From assembly GCA_900088475.1 (NCBI GenBank), contig FLMG01002348.1:40768-104767 (forward strand): a stretch of 64,000 nucleotides of DNA. Direction: 5' to 3'. This document shows positions 24,261-35,435 of the stretch, one piece after another. Origin of the DNA: Hyphochytrium catenoides. Its lineage: Eukaryota; Protista; Hyphochytriomycota. A program made the position numbers and the translations under genes. Position 1 is the first letter of the stretch, and each line of letters opens with the position of its first letter. The notes under the pieces were generated by a model. That model was not told where the DNA came from. It worked only from the letters and a program-made list of their open reading frames with translations, and ran no database searches.

Positions 24261-25079
24261 CTATAGCTCGATCACTGTGACGTCCTGTGAGTCCACGCAG
24301 ATCCCATAGGTGGGGCCTTCATACATAGAGGGATCCTCATCCTCGTCTGCTTCCGGGACCTCATAGTCAAATAGCGTTGAAGCACTAGGAATGAGAACTT
24401 TCCTATTGCCTTCGGTGCCCTCTTCATCAGTGAAAGGGAAGGGAATAATCTCGATGGGTATCGCAGGCATTATGTTGAACGGGGAGTTGTTGGCTGACGA
24501 CCCCACAGACACCGTGTCAGCTGCAGAAAGATCGCTTCCACTGACTCGCTCGGTGAGGCCACTCGACCGCTCAGTTGTTCCACTCGAACGTTGCGTGATG
24601 CCACTTGATCGCGTCGTGCCACTGTATCTCTCCCCAACATTCAGTCTTTCTCCCGCACTCAGTCTTTCTCGCGCTCTAGCAAGCTTCTCTCGGATTCCAG
24701 CTGTGTTACTCGTAGCTTCCACTTTTGATAGACGACCTAACGTCATCCTAATCCCTCCAGACCTCCGTAGAGTTCTTGATTCTCTAAGCGAAGTCGGAGA
24801 TATCTGGAACATATCTGAAGGTTGCTTCATGCCTTGTGGAGAGTTTTCCCTGCTTCTCATTTCCTCGTCCCAAGTCATGAATTCCCCTTCGTCGCGCTGT
24901 TGGTTGCCCAGCTCTCTGTTGAGTTCTAGTTCATGCTCATCTGGTATTCCTGCATTGGCTGAGAGCTTCAGTCGCAAATTTCTGGCCTTCAATAGAAGTT
25001 CATCTCGCTCCCATGACTTGAACTCCGCGCCCACATCCATGGCCATCACATCAGCCATTCCGCCTGCGGACCGAACCAC
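24261..25079 (-). CDS. Hypothetical Ser/Arg-rich, largely disordered protein; start uncertain
   Basis: 272-codon ORF with protein-like composition, an internal 7-aa repeat and an acidic C-terminus. No family recognised. Confidence 0.55.
   Translation of the reverse strand: MVRSAGGMADVMAMDVGAEFKSWERDELLLKARNLRLKLSANAGIPDEHELELNRELGNQQRDEGEFMTWDEEMRSRENSPQGMKQPSDMFQISPTSLRESRTLRRSGGIRMTLGRLSKVEATSNTAGIREKLARARERLSAGERLNVGERYSGTTRSSGITQRSSGTTERSSGLTERVSGSDLSAADTVSVGSSANNSPFNIMPAIPIEIIPFPFTDEEGTEGNRKVLIPSASTLFDYEVPEADEDEDPSMYEGPTYGICVDSQDVTVIEL
24539..24624 (-). repeat. Imperfect 21-bp coding tandem repeat (SSG-x-T-[QE]-R)
   Basis: Translates as SGTTR-SSGITQR-SSGTTER-SSGLTER-VSG. Confidence 0.8.
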
Positions 25080-28000
25080 TCTGTTGTGTAGTGCAGGAGC
25101 TCTGTATAGGTTGCGATTAGGTATTTATAGTAGAGATCGGACACGGCTGTGTCTGCTTTCTGAAGATAATGGAGGCGCAGCAAGCTTGCCCGACGGCGCG
25201 CTACACCTTCCAGATGTTAATTGTATTGAGCAAGTGATAGAGCTTCCATAATAGCCAAAGGACAAAGGTCCCTTCCGTCTTTCCATCGCGGCCTCGCTGT
25301 CAACAGCGGCTCTCTGAGCGACATACAGAGATATATTAACTGAGGATTGAGAGGGCGGACAGGGAAAGACAGAGTGTGGAATAAGGAAGTCAGAGTCACC
25401 ACGAGATAGGAAGGAGGCCGAGAGGTCATTTGAACCAGAGCATGAAAAGGATGTACGTATAACCTTGTATTTGGTTCCAATAGAGAAGGCAAGGGCCCCA
25501 GCAGCTGCGAATGAGAGTTTACAAGAAAAATTGATGGGAATCCGGAAAGAGATCGTGCCTGTCTGTTTCACCCCCTCACAGTCCATATCCTCAGGTTTTT
25601 ATATTTTCTAATCCAAGAACTCGGTCCTAATAAGGAGTGAAGTCTATTTCTATCACAAGAAACCTTTCAAGATGATCTTCATTCGATCACTGGCGTTTTA
25701 TCTTAGTGAACACCAGAATATATTTTTAGATTGCATGAAATGTTCAGCACTGAAGCTTTCTCCGTTGCAGTCGGTGGTTTCTATTGGCAGAAACAGACAG
25801 ACTGGAACTTTAGGAGCACACCAAGCTCACCATCTACTGGGACTACTACAAGCATCCAGAATCGAGCTCTTCGTAATATCGTATATGTACGCATTATTAT
25901 GGGCAAAACAATCGTCTATCCGGAACAAATATTCGGGTTGGACATTCATATTGGACCAAGTAGATCTTTATTGATCCAAAAGAAGAAGGCATTGAAAGTC
26001 CCGTAGGTACAAGGGCAAGGGTTTAGGAGTTAGGAGATCATCCGCCAGACTGAGACAGGGCTCCCTTCGTCCTTCGTTATATTCCCCAGAAACTACAGTA
26101 CAACTCTTACAGTCCCTGACTGAACCGCAAACCATGTCATTCATCCTTCAGAGACTGATAGCAAAAGCTATGCAAATTTGCTCACATTCTTTCTCCAAGG
26201 TCCACTTCATTATGGGAGAATGTGGGCAAATGTGTAAATATAGAGACTACAATTGTACCATAGGGTGGTTCTTGTAATAGACAGGTATATATTGATTGCG
26301 AAATGGAGGTTGATCTCATGTACTTTGGATAAATAGCGACAATCCTTGGGTATCAGATCTCATGCAGCGCGTTGCTTGGAGGTCTGCGGGGGAATCTGAG
26401 AACGAGTGAGGAAAAGCCGGAGCACTCCTTGTCATCTGCCTCGTCAGAAGAAGCCAGACCACAGTTCCTAGCCACCTGCCTCCTTCTTCTGTACACTAGT
26501 ACTACTAGAACCAGCATTTCTACGAAAAGCAACAAGCTCACTGGCTTGTATTTGTACCCTTCTTCTTCTTCTTCGTCTTTCAGAAAGCGAGGCCTTCTAT
26601 CTGAGACCTTTGCTGATGATCGTTATTGTGTGACTCTAGGAAGAAGGAGGATGTCGGATAAGTTCTACTGCTTGACATGGAAGGATGAGCACCCACCTTG
26701 ACAAGACGGACAACAAGACAGATATCTCCAAGGAGGCGGTACTACACCAAGAAAGAAAGCCTGGCCTAAGAATTTCTTAGCGGAGGAGAAATAAAGAAGA
26801 AGCAGCATGGACAATAGAACTCGAGAAGGCTGTTTGCTAATAGAAAGAAGTCGGTTGACCTGGTCCTGGTGGTCCTACTCTCTGGGGTACATCATGCGGC
26901 CTTTGCTGGCAGCATCATTATGCAAAGCAGAAGACTGCTAACCATCTTTGAACTACTCAGTAACTCAAAAGAAATTCTAGCAGCAGGTTCCGCTGTAAAA
27001 ATTTCTAAAGTGGTGATGGCTCATGTTGAAGACGGAGCGGATTCATTTTCCCTTGGTGGTTGGTGGTGCTCTTTATCGTGGTGGTTGTGACCTCGAAAAC
27101 TGATATCTTAAGAGGTCTCACCTGACTGCTTGCTTGTTCTTCGTTGTTGGGCAGGTTTCTTCCGTTCATCGTCTCGTGTTCCGCTGCTTATTCTGAAGAA
27201 GCTGGTCCTTGATGATGATGATTCTTACTCGGGAGTCCTACTTTGCAGCTGCTCTTATCATCAGTATAATCGTAACCACTTCCTCAATGATGATTCTCCC
27301 AGTTCTGGTCGTCATGATCGTGGAAGGAGGACAAGTGAAGAGACCAAGACGTAGCTCTTGCCTCTACTTCTTCTTCTTTCGAGTAGTAATATACTTCGTA
27401 ACCCTAGCGTTAAACCTTAGGAAGAAAAAGCATCTTTTTCTCTTGAGATTCCAATCGATTGTCTCCATTGCGCTCATCAATATAAAGGAGAGAATCTGGT
27501 TGTACTAGGCGGTCAGGAATAGCAAACAACAGCAGCTATTATTATGATTTCAGTGTCCTTGTCCGATTGATTTTTAGGTGAGAGGTCGTTTAAGTTAGCA
27601 GTACTACTGCTGCCCTAATTGCCGCAGTAATTATTATTATTCTATCCGCAACTGCTGTCGTGTCCCTTGACTTTGGTGAAGTCGTCGTTAGGTTGGATGT
27701 TGTGTGTACTTTATGAGGTAGATTTCGTTGAAGAAGAAAGAAGAACGTCCGTCCATCAAGCACAGAGTGAGATCTTTTTCTAGCCACAGCAGTGCGCAAG
27801 CTCCCATTAGCTCCAGTCCCGTCTCAAAAGGGCGTGTGTGAGTGAGCTCATGATGGGGCAAACAGTCCTCACATAATCAGCCATGCCATCATCCCGACGA
27901 CAACAACAACGAGGCGTTGCTAACAGGCAGCAGGGAGGGCTGCTATAATAATGTACCATCAAGAATTCAAGAATGAAGTAAATCAACCAACCTTGTAATC

Positions 28001-29033
28001 ACTCCGCATTCTCTTCTTTGACAATGCAGAAGACGCTAATCAGCTAAATATATCATGAGAGAGTCGCTTGTGGTCTTGCCGCTAGAACATCATCATCAGT
28101 CTGCCGTCACCACCACTCCCGACGATGGTTCTGTCCTGCTGGTATAATACCTCTCATCGCACTGATAGAGCATATAAATAACAACGCGCGAAGAAAGGCA
28201 GGCAATTGAAGAGAAGAAGGTCGATGATGAACGACGGTTGTTGTTGGGAAGAAGAAAGGCAAACAACAGGCCGCCTTCTTCGTACACCATCAAAAGAAGT
28301 CCGTCCCAAAGATAGTTCAGCATGTGGAACACTGGCAAGTTGGGTTGTAAATTGGGAGCCATCCTATTCTAGGGTTTTCGGTTCAAGTAGTCGATATTAT
28401 TGGCGGACCAATACGTTTATTATTACAGCAGACTTTTAGTGGGACTACTGTTTTTGCTGCTGGGAACTTATTTTAGGTAGTCCTGGAGGATCACTGAAGA
28501 TAGCCTCTGAAGCTCTGACGAAAGTTGATGGATGAGTGGAGATGGGTTCTGATCAGTCATAATCTGGTGAGAGACAGAGTGACAGTAAGAGGAACGAAGA
28601 GATGCGTTCAGTCCCAATAAATATTACCTCCGGAAAGAGAAAGATACACGAAGAGAGCGTAACGAGACAGCAGACATACTGCTCCTTCTACTCTCTGAAC
28701 AAACCAAAGCATTGACAGTACGGGTAGCAGCAGCACCAAAGCAAGCTAAGGACGCGAAAAGGCTGAGCAGACGCAGTTGACATCGGACTGAGGAAGGTGA
28801 CAGGACCAAGCAGCGGCAGTCCTGGTGAGAGCTACTGGGGACAAAGGGCGCAGCAAGTAAGCCCTAGGCAAGAGAAAAACAGCCATTGGCCACCCTGGAA
28901 CCTATCGCCAATGGCAGTAGAGCAGTAGTTATCAGCTTCAATTGCTGGCCTCGCCTGAGGAGCTAGAGACAGTGAGAAGAGAGGACCGCGGCTAAGCTTG
29001 TCAGGCGACGGCCAAACCGGACGCCGCAGCACG

Positions 29034-32000
29034 ATGCAGTCTGGTATTGTCCCTCCGAGTGGCATTGTCCCATTACTGCACATGCAGCTTCCTACCGAGG
29101 CACTGTCGCGAAAAGCTAGGGAAGGAGTGGTCTTTGCAGCCAAGTATGGAGACGTTGACGTCAGCAAGATAAGAGATAGGCTGCTAAGCGGAGGAGAGGG
29201 AGTCTGGGACCCACAAGTGGCTGACGATATGAAGCCAGGTCACTCTCTCTCTCTGTCTCTCTGCCTACTGCTTCCTCGTGTCGTGGAGTTTTCCTAGGAA
29301 GAGCGGCATATCAGAGATCCCACTGAGCTAGCGTCTTCGCTTCTGGCTAGAATGGTCTCGTTGACATCTCGGCTGCTCTCTCTCTTTTCCTAGCACCTCT
29401 CCTGCGTACTCTGTTGCTCTATGTGATGCTGTGTGAATGCCCGTCCGTTACTTGTCACTCTTTCTCTCTCCTTTCTTGTTTTGTTGACGCATACTGCCTG
29501 TGACCTATCGCCTTTAAGGAAAAGCCTAACACTCAGTCTCAGGCAAGAGCACTTATCAGAAGACTTCGTCTGCCGACGGGACCCTGCCGGGAGCTATCCC
29601 TCTCTCGCGACCATTTCACGACAAGCTCGGCGTCAAAAAAATTGTCCTGATCTTCGCGGATAATGATCTGGAGCAAGTCTACTCGTTCCCAAAGTGGGAA
29701 CAATGGAAGGACCTTCTTCTTCCTATTCTCGCGACCTTCAGCATTCCCCTAGAAAGGGTAAGCAAGTGGGAAGGGAGGAACTGACAAAAGAAGAAAGCTT
29801 ACCCATAAGCACCTCATTCCTTCTTGCTCATCTTTTGCCTCGGTTTCTTGAACGTTTTGTCTCTGCGTTGGTTTCCATTCTCCCTACTTCTGCCAGTCTA
29901 TACCATGTCTCTCTCGCTACGGGCTGGGATTCTCTACCTTGCTTTTTAGGACTTACCAGTGCTTTTGGCATTGAGAAGGTGGTTCGATGTCTGTTTGCCA
30001 GGCTGCCCCCCGGCGTCACTATCCCTCCTCATCACGATAACGGGTATGAATCGAAAGGAAGAGAGAGAGAGAGAGGAGCAGAGGGCACAAGATTTTTTGG
30101 GGAAGGTACTTACTAAAGGATAGTGAAGAGAACGCTTACAGATGAGAGATAGAAAATGACTCAGGGAAAGAGATGTGACTCGGGCGGGACCGAAAAGGAT
30201 TAACTAGGCAGGATTATCCCACCGGATAGCGAGGAGAACGCTTACTGATGAGAGATAGAAAATGACTCGGGAGAGAGATGTGACTCGGGCGGGATCGAAG
30301 AGGATCAACTAGGCAGGATTATCCCACCACTGACTTTGTAAAATAGTCGCTGGGTCCGGATGAGCCACAGAGTCCATGTCCCGATTATTACGCACGAAGA
30401 GGTAAAGTGGTTTCGCTCGCCCTCTGCTCGGTCCATAAGTTACGCCTATTCTCTCTTCTGGGCTGCACGTTGCATTCGCAGAGAGGGTCGGATTGACGGC
30501 ACCTTTGTCGGGTTCCCACTTCTGAAGGCACTTGTTGCTGTCGTCGCCCGTTAGTTCTGTAGCTCTTTTCGTCTAGCTAACTGCGCTCATTGCTATCCTT
30601 GCCTTTCTTTCTTGATGACCCGCTCATAGTGACTTCCCGCCCCTCCTATAGGTGAGCTTTCGGATAGGTTCAGTTCCTGAGGAGATGCAGAGATATTCCT
30701 TCAGTGAAGGTTGACTTTTCTCCCTTTCGTAGCTGCCACTTGGCTCCAGGCATTACCCAGCATTTCGATTCCTGCTTGACTGCAGTTCCAGCATTCTAAG
30801 CTTTCGCTTACCTGATGTTGAAAATTAGAGTACCTTAAGCCTTCTTTGATCACGCACTTTCCTTTCATTCCTGTCTCTTTAGCCGCCTTTCCTTCTCCTC
30901 GGAGTAATTTCCCCTTTCCGGCCCGATACGGTTGCAGGCAGTGTTATAGAGCTGAATAATGCCGCCAAACATGCCGTGACAAACGGTTGGGACCAGTACC
31001 GGATACACCTCATCTTTGACTGGGTGGAGACACCAAGAGAGCTTCCCTCAATGTAAGTATGAGAGTACAAGCTATGCATGCACTCGCACCAGGGTACATC
31101 TACTTGACCCCTCAGCTGCCTGAATATCTACAGGGCGAGTCTCTTACACATTTCTTGTCTTTGATGTAGTGCCCTCTCTGCTTCTCAGAAGATAAGGCAA
31201 AAAAGAGGTAAGCCCCTGTGCAGCTAGAGACCCTGGACCAGGGGACACATCAGAGGCGGAGTTGCTCAATCCTGCTGTACCCGTCGGTTGTAGGTCGAAT
31301 AGAACTAGTGACAGCAGCAGAAGAAGAAGAAGATCGCGGCAAGAACCTGCAGTCAGACAAGACAGCATCCAAAAATCTGCTATCCAAGGTACTCTCCTTC
31401 CCTCTGCTCTAATCTCTTAATGCCTTTGGCACCCGCTCTTTAAGGATTGCCTTCCCTACGCTTAGGCCTTGTAGCTTGGTATCCGCTCTTTAACTGCTGC
31501 GTACCCTACTTTGAACCCCTGTAGATTGAGAAGATAGCTGAATCGAAGGTGCCCGGAGGGGGAGAGCTGCTACGGAAGAGTCTTCGCCATTATTTCACTC
31601 AACAGATTGAGGCAGAGGTAAGAAGCTCTCGGCTTCCCAGTGTGAGGCTCCTGCTTGCAGCGCTGTTCCCAAGACTAGAGGACAACCATTGAGTTATTCT
31701 TTCTTCCCTTCGTCAACAATTGACGGGACTGCGATATAAATACGTCTCTCGTCTCATGTGCACTTTATCTCTCCCACCCGTGCGTTAGGCCTTTACACGC
31801 ATTCTCCTTTCACTCCTTTCCCTGGAGGATTGCGAGAAGCTGAGGGCAAATAGAGGAGAGGAGGAGGGCTTGCTTGACCCTTTTGTGAAGGAGGATGTCT
31901 ATAAAGTACTCTATGACATAGACTCGTACATGGTGCAAGAAGTCGAGGAAGTGCTTGAAGGCATAAGATTAGGGACCATTCCAAAGGAGCCTCCTCGAAA

Positions 32001-34523
32001 TAACATTGAAGAGCTTCTACTCGCTAAAGCAGGTAATGAGTCTACGACATGGATGAGTTGATGACAAGCTATGGAGATTGCGCTACACCTCAGTGTGGCC
32101 GTCATACAGCGGTGGCGTTCAAACCGACCTTACGAACTCTTCTTGTCGCTACTGTTTTTCCTACTGCCACTTCACCGTCCCGGCCGCATTCTACTTGCGA
32201 AGGCTCTAGTGGTACCCCGGATACCAAAGATTGGCATCCGGTGCGCTATATGATTATTGGATCTCAGAAATGCGGCACGACAGCGCTCTATGAGTATCTA
32301 TGGTGCGTGGAGTCCACTTTGTGTCTTTTGGAACTTCTGGTCCCGCTTTATCAAAAAATTGCTTTCTTTGCTCTTGATTAGTATAGCATCCGCTCCTCAT
32401 CTCTACACTTTCTTTAGATCTCCTGTCGGTTTCCCTTGTTTCCACCGTCAAAGTTAGCTCATGGAGTTTATCCCAATCTCTGCGTATCCTTGATTCCATG
32501 GACCATAGCCAGCACCCTTCGATTGAACGATCACGCCAGCGAGAATCTCACTTTTTCGACTGGCATTGGGAGGAGATGAAGCGCGTTAAACTGACGGAGA
32601 AATTGGCGGCTGAAGCCGAACACGTGGCAGGTAAAACCTATCTCAGCAAGTGACCAGAAGCAAGGCGGAAGCTTTACAGAGCCCAGAAGCAGTGCGGTAG
32701 CTGTTCGAAAACGACAGCAGTAGTACAGTTTCTCCAGATGGGAGAGGGTCATAGAGTACGAGAAAAGAAGATGTAGCAATGGGACCTTGCACACCGAAGG
32801 CAGCGTTTCTTGCTAGATCTCCTATGCAATGAGAGTGAATAATGTGCTACTAGATTCTTGTTGGTCAGCTAACATTGTCTCTAATGTAGCGGCGATTGGC
32901 AAAGGCCCAGATCTAGAGACCGAAGAGCTAAGGTGAGAAATTCGCTAACGCAAAATGTTGGAAAGAGAAAGCAGTCCAATATGGGAAAGTCAGAATGAAG
33001 ATGACATAGAAACATAAGGTGAAATGACGCTTGACAGGAAACTAAGACATCTTTTCATTTAGGCGCAAGCTTGTTCTGAAGCTGTATAGGAGTCCTCAAG
33101 AGCTGCACCTGCCTCTCATCATTGGTGACTCCACACCCAGCTACCTTCTGATGGGAAGAACCGTGGCCAGAAGAATGAAGCAGGTAGCTGGGTGCAGCTC
33201 TTCTCCATTGCTGCATTTCTCGATCTCAACCCGTCTATCTGGCTTTAGGCGCTTCCCAACGTAAAGCTCTTGGTAATGCTGAGGGAGCCTGCGGCTCGCG
33301 CTTATTCGCATTACCAGATGACAGCTGACCCAGAGGGCACACCGAAGCAAATTGCCAGCAGAGAGACAGTGAGGGGCCTTTCCTTTGAAGAGCTCATGAA
33401 CAGAGATATGAAGTTGCTGCAGGTACCTCGAATAACACCTCCCGCGACCAGCTATGGTGCATCGCTGGTTTCTTCTTTCTGCTAGTTTATCTTACGTCTT
33501 CGTTCAGTACCTCCAGTCCATCCTGTCGCCCTTGAATGGGTTAGTCAGCTCGTTAGGATCACGTTCTCTTCATCTACCTTGCCTATGATTCCCTCAATTC
33601 TCCCGCGAGAACGCTCTGAGCATTTATATTAACTCTTTGATGCCTTCATGACCAACGTCCTTCTCCGTTCCACTGCTTACCACGTCTCCTGTCTCTCTCT
33701 CCGCCCTCCTTCTGCTTATGACTATTCTCATTGCATGATCTAGGATTTCGACGTCACACCTGAGGCATCTCCAGAGGCCTTCCAGCGCTATGCGGACTCT
33801 TTACCTCTTGGTATACTTTATTGGGGCTTCTGGTGCAGTGCCCCTTATACTAACGTCCTTCCTGACTTCCCACTCCGCATTTGCCCTCCATGCTTGCGCG
33901 TCTCTGCCCCCACATACGGGCTTCAGGTCATGGCTGCCACTCTTATGTGGGTCGGGGGCTTTACGTGTTCCAACTGCTTCTATGGCTTTCTGAGTTTCCG
34001 CGAGACCAAATGCTTATCATTCCCCTCAGCAGCTTCAAGAACAAGGAGTACGTGCAGGTGAGAGACAAAGAGGGTCCAGATAAGTGGGATAAGGGGCAAG
34101 GACGAGAGAGAGAGAGGGTTTAACAAGCAATTTCTGTTGAAAGCGCTGGCCAGAGACAGTAAAGGAGCTATGATGCCCAAGTTCTCTTCCCCCTGCTTCT
34201 AGCTCTTGCTTTGTCTTCATCTATGATTGAGTGCATCTATCTTAACTGCTGAGCTTTCGGTTGCTGTCTCCTCCCACCAAACTTGCGATGTAATTAGCTT
34301 CCCATTTACTACCTATTCCTGTCTCTGCTCTCTGCTCTGTAACCAGAATCAAATGAAGGTGGTTTTTGCCTTCCTGGGTTTGCCATATCACCCTGTGGAG
34401 GATACAGCCCCAAAGAACACAAGGGCTTATCAAAAGATAGCGACGGAGACAGAAGAGAAACTTAAAGCGTTCTACAAGCCGTACAACCAGAGACTGGCTC
34501 AGACCTTTGGCATTGTTCTTTAG
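29034..34523 (+). CDS. Asp/Asn beta-hydroxylase-type 2OG-Fe(II) dioxygenase fused to a heparan-sulfate-sulfotransferase-like PAPS sulfotransferase; multi-exon
   Basis: Dioxygenase: VRCLFARLPPGVTIPPHHD (HxD at 30030-30038), SHRVHVPIIT, ELNNAAKHAVTN, RIHLIFDW. Sulfotransferase: IIGSQKCGTTALYEYL (5'-PSB), RESHFFDW, GDSTPSYL, MLREPAARAYSHY (3'-PB), YVGRGLY, FLGL, LKAFYKPYNQRL. Linker exons can be joined in frame. Confidence 0.85.
30118..30328. repeat. Intronic ~106-bp tandem duplication (30118-30223 and 30224-30328)
   Basis: Two near-identical units ggatag(t/c)ga(a/g)gagaacgcttac...ggcaggattatcccacc. Confidence 0.92.
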
Positions 34524-35435
34524 GGCACGAAGCAGATCTATGGTGGAGAACACGGACCTTCAAGCCTGTGAAAGTTGACTGTGCTATAGGTCACCTAAGT
34601 TGACCGTGCTGTAAGAGTACCTTGAAGAAGACGCTTCAAGAAGACCAAAGATGGTAAGGGCAAGGCGAGGAAGAGATGCAGTACAGACAGCGGAAGAAGA
34701 CAAGCAAAGCTGAGAAGGCTCTGCCGTTGGCTCCCGTTGGATGAGGTCCAAATAGGTGGGGAGTGCTCGGTAGCTAGATGACTCAGTCCACAGTGCTCTT
34801 TCAGCGTTACCTCCTTGCTGTCCCAGACCGCAATGCCAGCAATAAGCTTCAAGGCCATCCATGACCTCTCTCGTGCTTACAGCGCCCAATGAGCCAACTC
34901 TCGCTCTGCTTCAATTGATCTCTAGAAAAGGAAGGGCAAAGCTCGGGAGGTGTAGAGTATCGTCCCATTCATCCTCTGTAGATCAGACGGGCATCTTATT
35001 GCCGTTACCGCCTCTAAGAAACGTAATCCATCATCGGATCGCTCTCCACTGATTGTTGTTGCTGCTTCTGTTCTGATGGAGGAAAGCTTTCTCTGTCCCT
35101 CTGGCGCGCTCGCTCTCTCCTCGTCCCTTCTCGCTCTCTCTTCTCTCTCTCCCCTCCAGTCTTCTCTCCTTTTTCCTTCGATGTCTCGATTCTCTTCGTC
35201 CTAGCTGTTTCCCTCTGTCTCGGGGTCACTCGTTGTCCTCGTCTAAGCTCGCTCTCATCGGCAGTTCATCTTTCCTCCGTCCATCACTTCATCCTGTGCA
35301 TTACCTCTTATTGGACCTCCATCAGCAACTGTTGCTTACAGGGCACTTCTCTACTAAGTTAAGAGCCTCTGCGCCAGAGAAGAATAACAGAAAGACATCT
35401 TCATTGCCCTTGCCAATCCATTCTCTGTTGATGCG

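Noticed and set aside
24391-25251. 286-aa plus-strand ORF
   Set aside because: Antisense shadow of the minus-strand ORF, with no recognisable features.
30118-30328. Direct repeats as a CRISPR-like array
   Set aside because: Only two adjacent units, no spacers, eukaryotic intron context.
30245-30335. Possible intronic box C/D snoRNA (tgatga...ctga)
   Set aside because: Box C lacks the leading purine, is mutated in the other repeat copy, and I found no rRNA-complementary guide or good terminal stem.
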